Source: an uncultured delta proteobacterium
GTDB taxonomy: Bacteria; Desulfobacterota; Syntrophia; Syntrophales; UBA2185
Reading direction: 5' to 3'
Assembly: GCA_963695875.1 (NCBI GenBank)
Contig: CAVOID010000004.1
Span: forward strand, 160,001-224,000
Length of the DNA stretch: 64,000 nucleotides
The notes beneath the pieces are model-generated. The model had not been told where the DNA came from. It worked only from the letters and a program-made list of their open reading frames with translations, and searched no databases. The position numbers were made by a program, and so were the translations under genes. Within the stretch, counting starts at the first letter, position 1. Each line of letters starts with the position of its first letter. Shown here piece by piece: positions 50,446 to 60,972 of the stretch.

Positions 50446-52353
50446 GTGGAGAATACATATTTTATTACAACACCGATATACTATGTCAATGCCTCACCCC
50501 ATATAGGCCATGCCTATACGACTATTGTTGCCGATGTTTTGGCCAGATACCATCGCCTGTCCGGATACAGGACATTTTTTCTAACCGGCACGGATGAGCA
50601 TGGTGACAAGATAGTTGAGGCTGCCGAGAAAGCCAATACAACGCCTAAAGACTATGCAGATCGTATCAGTGCCCAGTTCAGAGGCCTGTGGCCGGAGCTC
50701 GCCATAACCAATGATTATTTTATCAGGACTACCGATCCCAATCACATTGAGACGGTTAGATTCATCATGCAGAAGGTCTATGATGCCGGGGATATCTACT
50801 TTGGAAAATATGAGGGATACTACTGTGTCGGTTGTGAGCGATTCTATATGGAGAAAGAACTGGTGAATGGGCTCTGCCCTGATCATCAAATAGCTCCGGA
50901 GTATCGTGAAGAGAGCAATTACTTTTTCAGGATGAGCAAATATCAGGATTGGCTGATAAAACATATCAAGGATAATCCTGATTTTATCAGGCCGGAACGT
51001 TACAAAAACGAGGTACTTGCCTTTTTAAGGGAGCCTTTGGAAGATTTGTGCATATCGAGACCGAAAAGCAGACTGAACTGGGGTATAACAATCCCATTTG
51101 ATGAAGAATATGTAACCTACGTCTGGTTTGATGCCCTCATCAACTATGTTACAGGATTGGGTTATCCGGATGGCGAAAATTTCCGGATATTCTGGCCTCA
51201 TGCCGAGCACCTTATCGCGAAGGATATTCTCAAACCGCACGGCATCTACTGGCCCACCATGCTGAAGGCAGCCGGCATCGAACCGTACCGGCATCTAAAT
51301 GTCCATGGCTACTGGGTCGTTGACCAGAGTAAAATGTCCAAAAGCCTCGGCAATGTGATCAAGCCCCTAGACCTGAAGGATAAATACGGCCTTGATCCCT
51401 TCCGGTATTTTCTCCTCCGCGAGATGGTTTTCGGCCTTGATTCCAGCTTCAGCGAAGAGAATTTCGTCCAGAGGATAAACTCCGATCTGGCCAATGATCT
51501 TGGCAATCTGGTGAGCAGAACCATGACTATGGCGATGAAATACTGCGCCGGGAAGGTTCCTGAAGTCCCTTCACCATTCGAAGAAGACCGGCTGCTCAAG
51601 GAGGCGGCAGGTAGAGCCGTTGCCGAGGTGGAGAGCTGCTTTCAGGATCTCGTTCTTCATAAGGCCTTGATTGCCATATGGGATTTTATCAATGTGACCA
51701 ATAAATACATCGTAGAGCAGGAGCCATGGAAACTTGCTGCGCAGGATGCCGTAATTAAGACCCGACTGAAAACTGTTATCTACAATCTCCTGGAATCACT
51801 CCGAATCACTGCAGTCTTGATTTCGCCCTTCATGCCCGGTTCGGCACAGAAGATTTCGGATCAATTGGGTATAACGAGTTCAGCTTCACAAGGTTTTGAG
51901 AGTATACGCGTCTGGGGGGGGCTCACTCCAGGAAATAATCTGAATAGAGCCGATGCGCTCTTTCCGAGGGTCAAATACGAAGAAGAAAAGGAAAAAACAG
52001 AGATGAAGGACTATGTGATTCAGCCTGTAAAACCGTTAATCGATTATGAGGATTTTGAAAAGGTGGACATTCGTGTTGCAAAAATCATTGGGGCAGAGGC
52101 TGTACCAAAATCCAACAAACTCCTGAAGTTGAAGATCGATATGGGCGAAGAAAGAACTATCGTAGCCGGTATAGCAAAGGATTGCAAACCAGAGGATCTC
52201 ATCGGTAAAAAGATTGTCATTGTGGCAAATCTGAAACCGACGAAGTTAATGGGTGTTGAGTCGCAGGGCATGCTCCTTGCGGCCGAAACGGAAGATGGTC
52301 TGACACTCCTGTCTTTTAATAAAGACCCCATTACCGGGGCAAAAATCCGGTAA
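50446..52353 (+). CDS. metG: Methionine--tRNA ligase with C-terminal tRNA-binding domain
   Basis: TTPIYYVN..PHIGH, KMSKS, YVWFDAL, OB-fold tail. Confidence 0.97.
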   Translation: MENTYFITTPIYYVNASPHIGHAYTTIVADVLARYHRLSGYRTFFLTGTDEHGDKIVEAAEKANTTPKDYADRISAQFRGLWPELAITNDYFIRTTDPNHIETVRFIMQKVYDAGDIYFGKYEGYYCVGCERFYMEKELVNGLCPDHQIAPEYREESNYFFRMSKYQDWLIKHIKDNPDFIRPERYKNEVLAFLREPLEDLCISRPKSRLNWGITIPFDEEYVTYVWFDALINYVTGLGYPDGENFRIFWPHAEHLIAKDILKPHGIYWPTMLKAAGIEPYRHLNVHGYWVVDQSKMSKSLGNVIKPLDLKDKYGLDPFRYFLLREMVFGLDSSFSEENFVQRINSDLANDLGNLVSRTMTMAMKYCAGKVPEVPSPFEEDRLLKEAAGRAVAEVESCFQDLVLHKALIAIWDFINVTNKYIVEQEPWKLAAQDAVIKTRLKTVIYNLLESLRITAVLISPFMPGSAQKISDQLGITSSASQGFESIRVWGGLTPGNNLNRADALFPRVKYEEEKEKTEMKDYVIQPVKPLIDYEDFEKVDIRVAKIIGAEAVPKSNKLLKLKIDMGEERTIVAGIAKDCKPEDLIGKKIVIVANLKPTKLMGVESQGMLLAAETEDGLTLLSFNKDPITGAKIR

Positions 52354-52416
52354 GCATGATTATTAACGCAGGTTCCCGTATGTCACTGTACTTCCCTTCG
52401 GGGATGGATTCCCGGC

Positions 52417-53286
52417 ATGAATAAAAGACCAGATTCGGAAGATATAGCCGGCGGGCAGGCGATTATAGAAGGCGTCATGATGCGGCATGGGAACAAGATC
52501 GCAGCAGCCGTGAGAAAACCTGACAAGGATATAGCCTTTCAGGAACGATATTATATTCCACTCACAAAAAGGTATAAATTTCTCGGCTTGGCCTTCGTTC
52601 GCGGATCGGTCACCTTGTTTGAAATGATGATAATCGGGATGAAGTGCCTTTTATTTTCCGCTGAGCTGGCCTTGACAGAAGGCGAAAAGAAGCCGGGAAA
52701 ATGGGAGATGACCGTTTCTGTAATTATAAGTATCGGAACAGCGTTATTTTTCTTCATCGTCGTGCCTGCCTACTGCTTTTCGTTGTTAAAAAGCGCCGTG
52801 TCCAGCACTTTGCTTTTGAATATTATGGAGGGCTTTATTCGCCTCGGGATTTTCCTTTGTTTTTTGGGTGCCACGCTGTTGATGGAAGATATGAGGCGTG
52901 TATTCATGTACCATGGGGCGGAACATAAAACGGTATTCGCCTGGGAAAACGGTCAGGACTTGACTGTGGAAAATATCAAGAAATACTCGACCCGGCATCC
53001 GCGCTGCGGAACAAGTTTTGTACTGGTGGTCATGATCACCGCCATTTTGGTGTTTTCACTGCTGGGACGGCCTGATTTCGTTCATAGAGTTTTTTATAAA
53101 CTGATGCTTCTTCCTGTTATTGCCGGAATTTCATACGAAATTATCCGGTTTACCGGAAAATACAGGAACTGGAAATGGGTACAAATCCTGAGCTGGCCGG
53201 GATTGCTGCTTCAAAAAATTACCACGAGGGAACCAACCGACGATCAGATTGAAATAGCAATCGCAGCTATGAAAAAAGTTATTTAG
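52417..53286 (+). CDS. DUF1385 membrane protein
   Basis: GGQAIIEGVMM, YHGAEHK, HPRCGTSF, TTREP. Confidence 0.92.
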   Translation: MNKRPDSEDIAGGQAIIEGVMMRHGNKIAAAVRKPDKDIAFQERYYIPLTKRYKFLGLAFVRGSVTLFEMMIIGMKCLLFSAELALTEGEKKPGKWEMTVSVIISIGTALFFFIVVPAYCFSLLKSAVSSTLLLNIMEGFIRLGIFLCFLGATLLMEDMRRVFMYHGAEHKTVFAWENGQDLTVENIKKYSTRHPRCGTSFVLVVMITAILVFSLLGRPDFVHRVFYKLMLLPVIAGISYEIIRFTGKYRNWKWVQILSWPGLLLQKITTREPTDDQIEIAIAAMKKVI

Positions 53287-53298
53287 GTGTCTGGTATA

Positions 53299-53802
53299 AT
53301 GATAAAACAGCTTCTGAAAGTGCGTTTTTATCTGCTTGTCATTTTGTTATTTTCTTTTATAGCCGTATCTGTCCAGGCAGACGACTCCCTGCATGAAAGG
53401 ATGTGGTATGAACTTAAAGGAAAAATTCTTCTTCAAAGGCTTCCCGGTAGGGGAGAGTTCGTAGAATCTCAGCGAGATGTTGATACGAAAAGTGCTGAAT
53501 TTCCATTGAAGGTTATCAGTGACGGATACAGGATGTTGAGTGTCTTTGAGAACTTAATGGACAATTACATAGCAGAATGGGTCTGGAAAGTGACTTTAAA
53601 AAACAAGACGATGAAAGAAGTCATTTTTTCTCTCGAATACAAGCTTCTGGACAAAGATTCGTTTCTGTTGGCATCCAGTCAGGAGCAGTTTAGGAAAATA
53701 GCTCCCGGGGAAACCTTAACGATAGAAAAGAAGGACCAATTGGCTTACGAGAAGGCCAGGCAGGTAACAGCCAGGACACTGGACATCCAGCTTCAGAAAT
53801 AA
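53299..53802 (+). CDS. Exported hypothetical protein
   Basis: Signal peptide ending VQA; beta-rich C-terminal half. Confidence 0.6.
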   Translation: MIKQLLKVRFYLLVILLFSFIAVSVQADDSLHERMWYELKGKILLQRLPGRGEFVESQRDVDTKSAEFPLKVISDGYRMLSVFENLMDNYIAEWVWKVTLKNKTMKEVIFSLEYKLLDKDSFLLASSQEQFRKIAPGETLTIEKKDQLAYEKARQVTARTLDIQLQK

Positions 53803-53884
53803 ACATGCAGTTATCTGGGTCCAAGATTTGACTCGACGTCATCCTGTAATATTTTGGATTGAATTCCGTGACAGAGGGGGTTTT

Positions 53885-54238
53885 ATGGATCAAGAGAGGA
53901 GGAAGCGTACACGCGTTCCCATCCAGATTGACGTTGGTATTTTGCTCAAGGGGGAAGTGATACAGCTGCAGGCTCTCAATATCAGCCTTACCGGGGTTCT
54001 CTGTATCTCTGATCCCCTCTTTCGAAAGGATGACCCCTGCAAAGTTATCATTACTTTGAATAAGAATTTCCAAATTGCGATTGATTCTAAGATATTGAGA
54101 GTCGGACAAAAGGAAACGGCTATCAGTTTCATCTCCATGGACGAGGAAAGCTTTTCTCACCTGAGGAAGCTGATGCATTTCAATATTGGGGATGCTGATC
54201 GAATTGATGAAGAACTCCGGTATCCTGCTTTTGACTAA
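53885..54238 (+). CDS. PilZ domain protein
   Basis: RKRTR (RxxxR) and NISLTG (D/NxSxxG) c-di-GMP motifs. Confidence 0.88.
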   Translation: MDQERRKRTRVPIQIDVGILLKGEVIQLQALNISLTGVLCISDPLFRKDDPCKVIITLNKNFQIAIDSKILRVGQKETAISFISMDEESFSHLRKLMHFNIGDADRIDEELRYPAFD

Positions 54239-54393
54239 GCATAAGGCACAGTCGTGTTCGTTAATTTTATGTTTTGTAACAATGCATACTCAGGAAGCAG
54301 ACTGGACGTATAAAGCACATTCCGCATGCTCCGCCTGTGGGCGGGGAACTTCTCTCATATAGCCATTCACTGCGAAAGAAGCGATATGATATT

Positions 54394-55203
54394 TTACCTC
54401 TTTTGAAAGATGTAAGAACAGTCTTTAAATGATAACAGCGTTGGGATTGGGCAAGGCAGCTTCTCACGTCTTCCTATGAAGAGAAATCCACCTTCGTCAA
54501 GACCATCCATGACCTTCAAAAAGACAGGTGTCCTGTTTTCCTCCGGATAATAAGTAAGCAGACTGTTCCTCAAAAAAATGATTTGAAACTTTCCTGCGGG
54601 GGGCGTCTGCCTCATTAGGTCATGTACTTGCCACACAATATTATCCCTCAAACAATCAACCACGAAGTAGTTCGCTTTGTCCGGCGATGTATGGAAATAA
54701 ATTGCCCTGACGTCGTCCGGTAATCCCTTTAAGCTGCTCCTGCTGTAAGCCCCAGCCTCGGCTCTTTCCAGAAAATCGGGATTGCGGTCGGTCGCCCGAA
54801 GATGAAGTTGGGGAACCCGGGCAAATCTGCTTTTCAGCATATCCCACAGTATAGTGAAACTGTAGACTTCCTGTCCCAGGGCACAACCTGCAGACCAGAC
54901 ATAAATCTTTTCATTATATCTGCTTATGATATCAGGAAGAATGTCCTCATCGAGGACACGCCACAAATACCGGTCACGAAAAAAATGGCTTATGGAAACA
55001 CTCATCAGGTGTTCAACCTTGTTCAGAATATCGGGGTCGTTCAAGGCGTGAAGATATTCTTCCATAGTTTGACAGCCCAATTCCTGCATATGACGGCTAA
55101 TGCGTTCTTTGACTCCCTTTCTCACCTTGGCGTAACCAGGCCAGGAAAGACCAAGCCGATCAAGGAGTTGTTTGAATAAATTATCATCCATATGTTGTGC
55201 CAT
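54394..55203 (-). CDS. CheR-type methyltransferase
   Basis: SHFFRD, WSAGCALGQEVYS, IFLRN.L.Y, GG.L.IG. Confidence 0.88.
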   Translation of the reverse strand: MAQHMDDNLFKQLLDRLGLSWPGYAKVRKGVKERISRHMQELGCQTMEEYLHALNDPDILNKVEHLMSVSISHFFRDRYLWRVLDEDILPDIISRYNEKIYVWSAGCALGQEVYSFTILWDMLKSRFARVPQLHLRATDRNPDFLERAEAGAYSRSSLKGLPDDVRAIYFHTSPDKANYFVVDCLRDNIVWQVHDLMRQTPPAGKFQIIFLRNSLLTYYPEENRTPVFLKVMDGLDEGGFLFIGRREKLPCPIPTLLSFKDCSYIFQKR

Positions 55204-55296
55204 ATCCGAGATTGAACCCGTGATTATTTGATTTTCTTACCATAATAATGCAGCCAAAATCAAAAATGATGATCTTGCAAAAAAACGAATACAGAC

Positions 55297-55325
55297 TTGA
55301 CAAGAAACCCTCATTTCTCCATAAT
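55297..55325 (+). promoter_or_regulatory. sigma70 promoter
   Basis: TTGACA-17 nt-CATAAT. Confidence 0.6.
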
Positions 55326-55365
55326 GCCCGGCATCGAGTCATTCTATCAGGGCGGGAGGTGACAC

Positions 55366-56020
55366 ATGGACAGTCCGGTTGATAAATTCTGGCAGATCAG
55401 GCTTGCAGATATTAAGTTGTCATTGGAAGCAAATAACTTCGACGTTTTTATTGCAAATAATGCTGCTGAAGCAAAACAAATTGTTCTTAAAAACATTATT
55501 CCCAAGCTTGGCGCCAAGAGTGTTTCCTGGGGCGGTTCTATGACGTTCATCGCTACCGGGCTCTATGACGCGCTAAAGAACGACAAGAAAATGCAGGTAC
55601 TTGATACCTTCGATAAAACAATCTCACGCGAAGATAACTGGGAACGCAGGAGACAGTCACTCTCTGGCTGACCTGTTTATTACCGGAACAAGTGCAGTGA
55701 CTGAATCAGGAATGTTGGTGAACCTTGATATGATCGGTAATCGTGTGGGGGGCATTACGTTCGGGCCGAAAAATGTGGTCATTCTCGTAGGCAGAAATAA
55801 AATCGTTTCTGATCTGGAAGATGCCATGATGAGGATCAAGAATTATGCAGCACCGGCTAATGCCATTCGATTGAATATGAAAACACCCTGCGTCAAAACC
55901 TCTTACTGTGAAGAATGCAAAAGTAAAGAACGCATCTGTAATACATGGGCAATCACAGAAAAATCCTTTCCGAAAGGCAGGATAAAAGTTGTCCTGATAA
56001 ACGAAGATTTAGGATTATAA
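55366..56020 (+). CDS. LUD-domain (LutC/YkgG-like) protein (frameshift near 55663)
   Basis: GGSMT...RRQSL/LADLFITG..A.T..G.LVN.D..GNRV...PC...C..C...RIC. Confidence 0.85.
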
Positions 56021-56042
56021 ACTGAAAAAGGACAAATCATTT

Positions 56043-57018
56043 ATGCAAATTCAGGATGTCTTCCGTTCCTATGGGGATGACCTAAAAAGCGTGGAAGAAC
56101 ACATGGAGATGTATCTTCGCTCTGAAGTGCACCTCATCCCCGAGGTTATCCATCATCTCGTAGGCAGCGGCGGGAAAAGGTTCAGGCCTCTCCTGCTACT
56201 GACTGCCTCGGCACTCTGCGGCTACAGGGGAGAAAAACGCTACCCCTTGTCTGCCGTGATTGAATTCATCCATACAGCTACACTGCTACACGATGACGTA
56301 ATAGATGCAGCAGAAACCCGACGTGGCAAAATTTCAGCGAACAACGTATGGGGAAATGCCGCCTGTGTTCTCGTGGGTGATTTCCTCTATTCCAAATCCT
56401 TTAAACTTATGACTGAACATGGCAATTTGGCCATCATCAAACTTCTTTCCACAACGACAAACACCATGTCGGAAGGGGAAGTTTTTCAGCTTATCAAATG
56501 CGGCGACATCAACATAACTGAGAAAGAATACCTTACCATAATCGAGAAAAAAACGGCGACCCTTATCTCCGCTGCCTGCGCTGTGGGAGGTGTCTTGGGA
56601 AATGCATCGGACTCTCAGATTGAAGCTCTGACCAGGTTCGGAATGCGCCTAGGCTCTGCATTTCAGATAACCGACGATACCCTCGATTATGTTGCAAAGG
56701 AAGAGGAATTTGGGAAAGCCATCGGCAAGGATCTTGAAGAAGGAAAAATAACCCTGCCTCTCATCCGAACTTTAAAAAAGTGTAAGCCCGAAGAGAAAAA
56801 CATGATCAGGCGGGCGGTTGAGAATAAGGAACAGGATGTCGCAGTTGATAGCAGATATTCTATCTATGATCAACCGTTACGACGGCATCAATTATTCCCT
56901 TAACAAGGCAAAGTCATATATCGGCGAAGGTAAGGGATACCTCGAATCTTTTGAAGACTCTGAACCAAAGGCATCACTGCTGGCGATATCAGAATACATT
57001 GTTGAACGAAGGCTATAA
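56043..57018 (+). CDS. ispB: Long-chain polyprenyl diphosphate synthase (frameshift near 56845)
   Basis: GGKRFRP, ATLLHDDV.D...RRG, KTA, FQITDD, GKDL.EGK.TLP; tail continues in ORF 56818-57018. Confidence 0.88.
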
Positions 57019-57026
57019 AACTTTGC

Positions 57027-58601
57027 TTACACCACGCACGGCCCTTCGTATATATTTGAGAGGGATTCAGGAAGGCCTTCTCTATCGTACTTCATGGCAA
57101 GGGGCAGATAATCAAGAATATCCTGGGCGGTGATACCATCTTCGCCTTTGTCTGCCGCCGCCAGGTCACCTGAAAATCCGTGGATGAAAACACCTTTTCT
57201 CACCGCGTCCTCCAGTGAGAGGCCCAGGCCGAACATGGCCGCAATGGTTCCTGTCAGGACATCACCCGAACCTGCCGTTGCCATTCCCGGATTTCCGCTG
57301 AGGTTGATAAACACCCTTTCATCGGGATAACCAATCAATGAATGGGCGCCCTTCAGAACAATGATGGCATGGAGCGACATGGCAGTAAGCTGCAGGATGT
57401 CTATTTTTTGCCTGTTGATCTCGCCGGTACTCTTCTTTGCTATGCGGGCCATTTCCCCCAGATGGGGGGTGAGGATAGTTTCTCCTTTCCTTTCCCTGAT
57501 CATCTCCAACTCATTCGCAATGGCCGTAATTCCGTCTCCATCGATGAGGATAGGCTTCTTGATAGTCCTTACGAGTTCCCTGACCAACTGCTGCGTTTCA
57601 GCATCCAGCGAGAGACCCGGTCCGATAACCACCATATCCATCTTTTCCGAGAGTTCAACGAGGCTGTCTCTGTTTTCCAGGGCCAGGCTTCCCGCCCTTG
57701 TTTCTTTCTGAGGAACAAAGACGATCTCGCTTCCTTTTGTGGCAATGAAGGGTGTTATGGATACAGGTGCAGCCGAACGGGCATAACCGCCGCCGGCCTT
57801 CAGGAAGGATAAGGCGGAGAAATACGGTGCACCAAAGTAGGATGCCGCGCCGGCGATAAAAAGGACCTCTCCCATGCGTCCTTTATAGACATCTCTCTTT
57901 CGGGGTGGAAGTTTCACATAGTCGTTGATCTGGACCTTTATAGACTCACCGTTATGGAGAGAAGGAGGAAAGGAAATATGGGTCACGTATAGCTTGCCGC
58001 CAAGATCATATCCGGGATAGAGCATGTTCCCGATCTTGGGCAAACCGAATGTAACCGTATAATCTGCCTTCACCGCCACACCCATGACTTCTCCCGTGTC
58101 GCCATGGACGCCGGAGGGAATATCCAGACTAAGGACCAGTTTGCCGCTGCTATTGATCACCTGGATGACTTCTTTATAGAGGCCCACCGCCTCCCGATCA
58201 AAACCAGTACCAAAAAGCGCATCCACGATTGCATGACAGTGGAGGACATCTCTTCGGACTTCCTCGATAGATTTGATGTTCCGGACTTCGATAGGAAGTT
58301 TCGAAATCATATTCCAATTGGTCTTTGCTGCCCCTTTAAATTTCTTCGGCTCTCCTATGATGAATACTTTAACCAATCCGCCATTGCTGTGAATTTTTCG
58401 TGCTACGACCAGTCCGTCACCGCCGTTATTTCCAACACCGCAGAAGACAACGAATTTCTTGGTTCTTATACCAACCTCTTGCGCTAAGACAAAAGCCGAT
58501 GCCTGCCCGGCATTTTCCATGAGAATCTCTTCGGGAATATCCAGTTTTTCGACTGCAAACCGGTCCATATACCTCATTTCACCGACCCTGCTGACTTTCA
58601 T
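57027..58601 (-). CDS. nnr: Bifunctional NAD(P)H-hydrate epimerase/dehydratase
   Basis: MENAG, GNNGGDG, DALFGTG, DIPSG, GPGL, TPHLGE, ATAGSGDVL. Confidence 0.95.
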   Translation of the reverse strand: MKVSRVGEMRYMDRFAVEKLDIPEEILMENAGQASAFVLAQEVGIRTKKFVVFCGVGNNGGDGLVVARKIHSNGGLVKVFIIGEPKKFKGAAKTNWNMISKLPIEVRNIKSIEEVRRDVLHCHAIVDALFGTGFDREAVGLYKEVIQVINSSGKLVLSLDIPSGVHGDTGEVMGVAVKADYTVTFGLPKIGNMLYPGYDLGGKLYVTHISFPPSLHNGESIKVQINDYVKLPPRKRDVYKGRMGEVLFIAGAASYFGAPYFSALSFLKAGGGYARSAAPVSITPFIATKGSEIVFVPQKETRAGSLALENRDSLVELSEKMDMVVIGPGLSLDAETQQLVRELVRTIKKPILIDGDGITAIANELEMIRERKGETILTPHLGEMARIAKKSTGEINRQKIDILQLTAMSLHAIIVLKGAHSLIGYPDERVFINLSGNPGMATAGSGDVLTGTIAAMFGLGLSLEDAVRKGVFIHGFSGDLAAADKGEDGITAQDILDYLPLAMKYDREGLPESLSNIYEGPCVV

Positions 58602-58693
58602 TTCTCTCTCCTAATTTTCAGGACCTGTATTGCAGGCAGATATAATGTATTTATTGCCTTTTATCAAGTGAAAGCGTCTTATTCCAAAACTTC

Positions 58694-58722
58694 TTGACAT
58701 CATTTCCTTATCGCATCATAAT
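58694..58722 (+). promoter_or_regulatory. sigma70 promoter
   Basis: TTGACA-17 nt-CATAAT. Confidence 0.6.
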
Positions 58723-58833
58723 TTATATAAATTTATTTGTATATGAACAGGGTGGCTGTCGGTGTTGTATTTGAGCGAAATTCACATAGTCGATTCGTAT
58801 AGGTTTAAACCACTCTTAAATTGAGGTGACGCC

Positions 58834-59904
58834 ATGTCAAGAGTAATGATCCATCCTGCTACCTATGAGAATGTCCGTCAGGCGGTAGACCGGGCATTTG
58901 AAATCTTCCCCCTGAGATTACAGGGGAAGAAAGTCTTAATAAAACCCAACGTGCTCCGGTCTTCGGATGCGAAAGAGGGCATCGTCACCAACCCCGCGGT
59001 GCTTCGTGCCGTAGTAGAAAAGGTGGAAACAATGAAACCGGCCTCCATCATCGTTGGCGACAATCCCGGTCTCTTTAACTACGGGGCAAACGAAGAATGC
59101 TTTAGAATAACAGGCTTGATGGAAGCTGCCAAAGGCTATTATCAGAACATCGGAAATGATTCGCGGAAGGTTGATTTTAACCCCGTTTTTTTGCCCGCCG
59201 TCGGCGTTTCCGGGGCCGTGCTGGATGCCGACATTATCATCAGTCTGCCGAAGTTCAAAACCCACGGTCTGACCGTGATCACCGGCGCGATCAAAAACAG
59301 TTTCGGTATCCTGCCCGGCGCCCAGAAAGCATGGCTGCACAAGGAATCCGGCAACCCGGTACGCTTCCAGGAAATACTGGTAGATGTGTTCCGCCTGCGG
59401 GTACCTGACCTGTTCATCATGGATGCCGTAGTCGGCATGGAGGGCAATGGGCCGGCCTCCCCGGACCTGAGGGACATAGGCCTGATCCTGGCGTCGGACA
59501 ATGCCATGGCAATGGATGCGGTCGTGGCGACGATGATGGGGTGCGAACCGGGAAGTCTGCGGATCCTTCAGAAGGCGAAGGAAGTAGGTTTGGGGGACTA
59601 CGAATTGAGTACGATTGAAGTCATCGGTGAATTGAAACCAGTGCCCGATTTTAAACTTCCTCCGTTTAGCGGCGAAGTGCTTCTTCAAAATGAAGCCATA
59701 CAGACACTGATCCGCAATCGCACACTCATGCGCCCGCAAGCCGATCCCGAATTGTGCACGGCCTGCGGCACCTGTATCGATCAGTGTACGGTATCGGCTT
59801 TGTCCATGGGCGACGACAACCTCCCCCGGGTAGATGCCGACACCTGTATTTCCTGTTTCTGTTGCCAGGAACTCTGTCCTGAGAAAGCGATTGCGTTGAA
59901 GTAA
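58834..59904 (+). CDS. DUF362 protein with C-terminal 2[4Fe-4S] domain
   Basis: VLIKPN, LPKFKTH...TGAIKN.FG, MEGNGP; two ferredoxin motifs. Confidence 0.9.
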   Translation: MSRVMIHPATYENVRQAVDRAFEIFPLRLQGKKVLIKPNVLRSSDAKEGIVTNPAVLRAVVEKVETMKPASIIVGDNPGLFNYGANEECFRITGLMEAAKGYYQNIGNDSRKVDFNPVFLPAVGVSGAVLDADIIISLPKFKTHGLTVITGAIKNSFGILPGAQKAWLHKESGNPVRFQEILVDVFRLRVPDLFIMDAVVGMEGNGPASPDLRDIGLILASDNAMAMDAVVATMMGCEPGSLRILQKAKEVGLGDYELSTIEVIGELKPVPDFKLPPFSGEVLLQNEAIQTLIRNRTLMRPQADPELCTACGTCIDQCTVSALSMGDDNLPRVDADTCISCFCCQELCPEKAIALK

Positions 59905-59912
59905 ATGGACAA

Positions 59913-59946
59913 GATTCCCCGTCGTCCTTTGGCTCTTCGGAATGAC
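59913..59946. repeat. REP-like palindromic element (GTCATTCC...GGAATC type)
   Basis: Reverse strand reads gtcattccgaagagccaaaggacgacggggaatc. Confidence 0.5.
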
Positions 59947-59999
59947 AGAGAGGCAAGGATCATTCACGGCGCGAAGAAATGCAGAAAGGGAGAATCGAG

Positions 60000-60914
60000 A
60001 TGAGAAAAAATAGAAAGATCAGGAAGGTTATTAAAAGCAAACCAACCATCGAAGGCGCCGGTGTCCATCTAAAGCGGGCATTTGGTTTTAGCGAGGTGCC
60101 TGCGTTCGATCCATTCCTGCTTTTAGATGATTTTCGCTCTGACGATCCGCGGTATTACATCAAGGGGTTCCCCTGGCATCCGCATCGCGGCATAGAGACT
60201 ATCACGTATGTCCTTCGCGGAGATGTAGAACACGGGGACAGCATGGGAAATAAGGGCGTCATCGGTTCCGGGGATGTGCAGTGGATGACGGCGGGCAGCG
60301 GTATCGTCCATCAGGAGATGCCGAAGGGTGATGACAAGGGTCTGATGTGGGGTTTCCAGCTTTGGGCCAATCTCCCATCCTCCCAGAAGATGATGGACCC
60401 CCGATATCGTGATGTGAAAGATAGGCAGATACCGGAGATTTCTGTAGAAAACGGCGTGACGATCAGGATCATCTGCGGCGACATCAAGGGGACGCAGGGT
60501 CCTGTCCGGGATATCGTGATCGATCCGGAATACCTTGACTTTACTGTGCCTGCAGGATCGGAGGTAATTCACCCAACCAAACCGGGGCACACGGTCTTCG
60601 CATACGTTATCGGGGGGAAGGCATACTTCTGCCGGGAGAAGAACCCATTCACCTACGATATGGAGGGAGAAAACTATTTCGACTTCCAAAGAGATCCTTT
60701 TGTGACCAACGGGAATCTTGTTCTGTTCGATGACGGGGAACAGGTAGTCGTCTCTACTGAAAATGAACCTGTTCGCTTTCTATTGATATCCGGAAAGCCG
60801 TTGAGGGAACCTGTCGCATGGTATGGGCCCATCGTAATGAATACGCAGGAGGAATTACAGATCGCCTTCGAGGAGTATCAGAACGGTACATTCATTAAAC
60901 ATAAGAATGCATGA
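60000..60914 (+). CDS. Pirin family protein
   Basis: DPFLLLD, HPHRGIET, MTAGSGIVHQE, QLWANLP, GPIVMNT. Confidence 0.95.
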   Translation: MRKNRKIRKVIKSKPTIEGAGVHLKRAFGFSEVPAFDPFLLLDDFRSDDPRYYIKGFPWHPHRGIETITYVLRGDVEHGDSMGNKGVIGSGDVQWMTAGSGIVHQEMPKGDDKGLMWGFQLWANLPSSQKMMDPRYRDVKDRQIPEISVENGVTIRIICGDIKGTQGPVRDIVIDPEYLDFTVPAGSEVIHPTKPGHTVFAYVIGGKAYFCREKNPFTYDMEGENYFDFQRDPFVTNGNLVLFDDGEQVVVSTENEPVRFLLISGKPLREPVAWYGPIVMNTQEELQIAFEEYQNGTFIKHKNA

Positions 60915-60972
60915 GTCCATTTTATCAGGATCGTTATATTTCAGAACAAACCTTCAAATTATAGATCGGTAA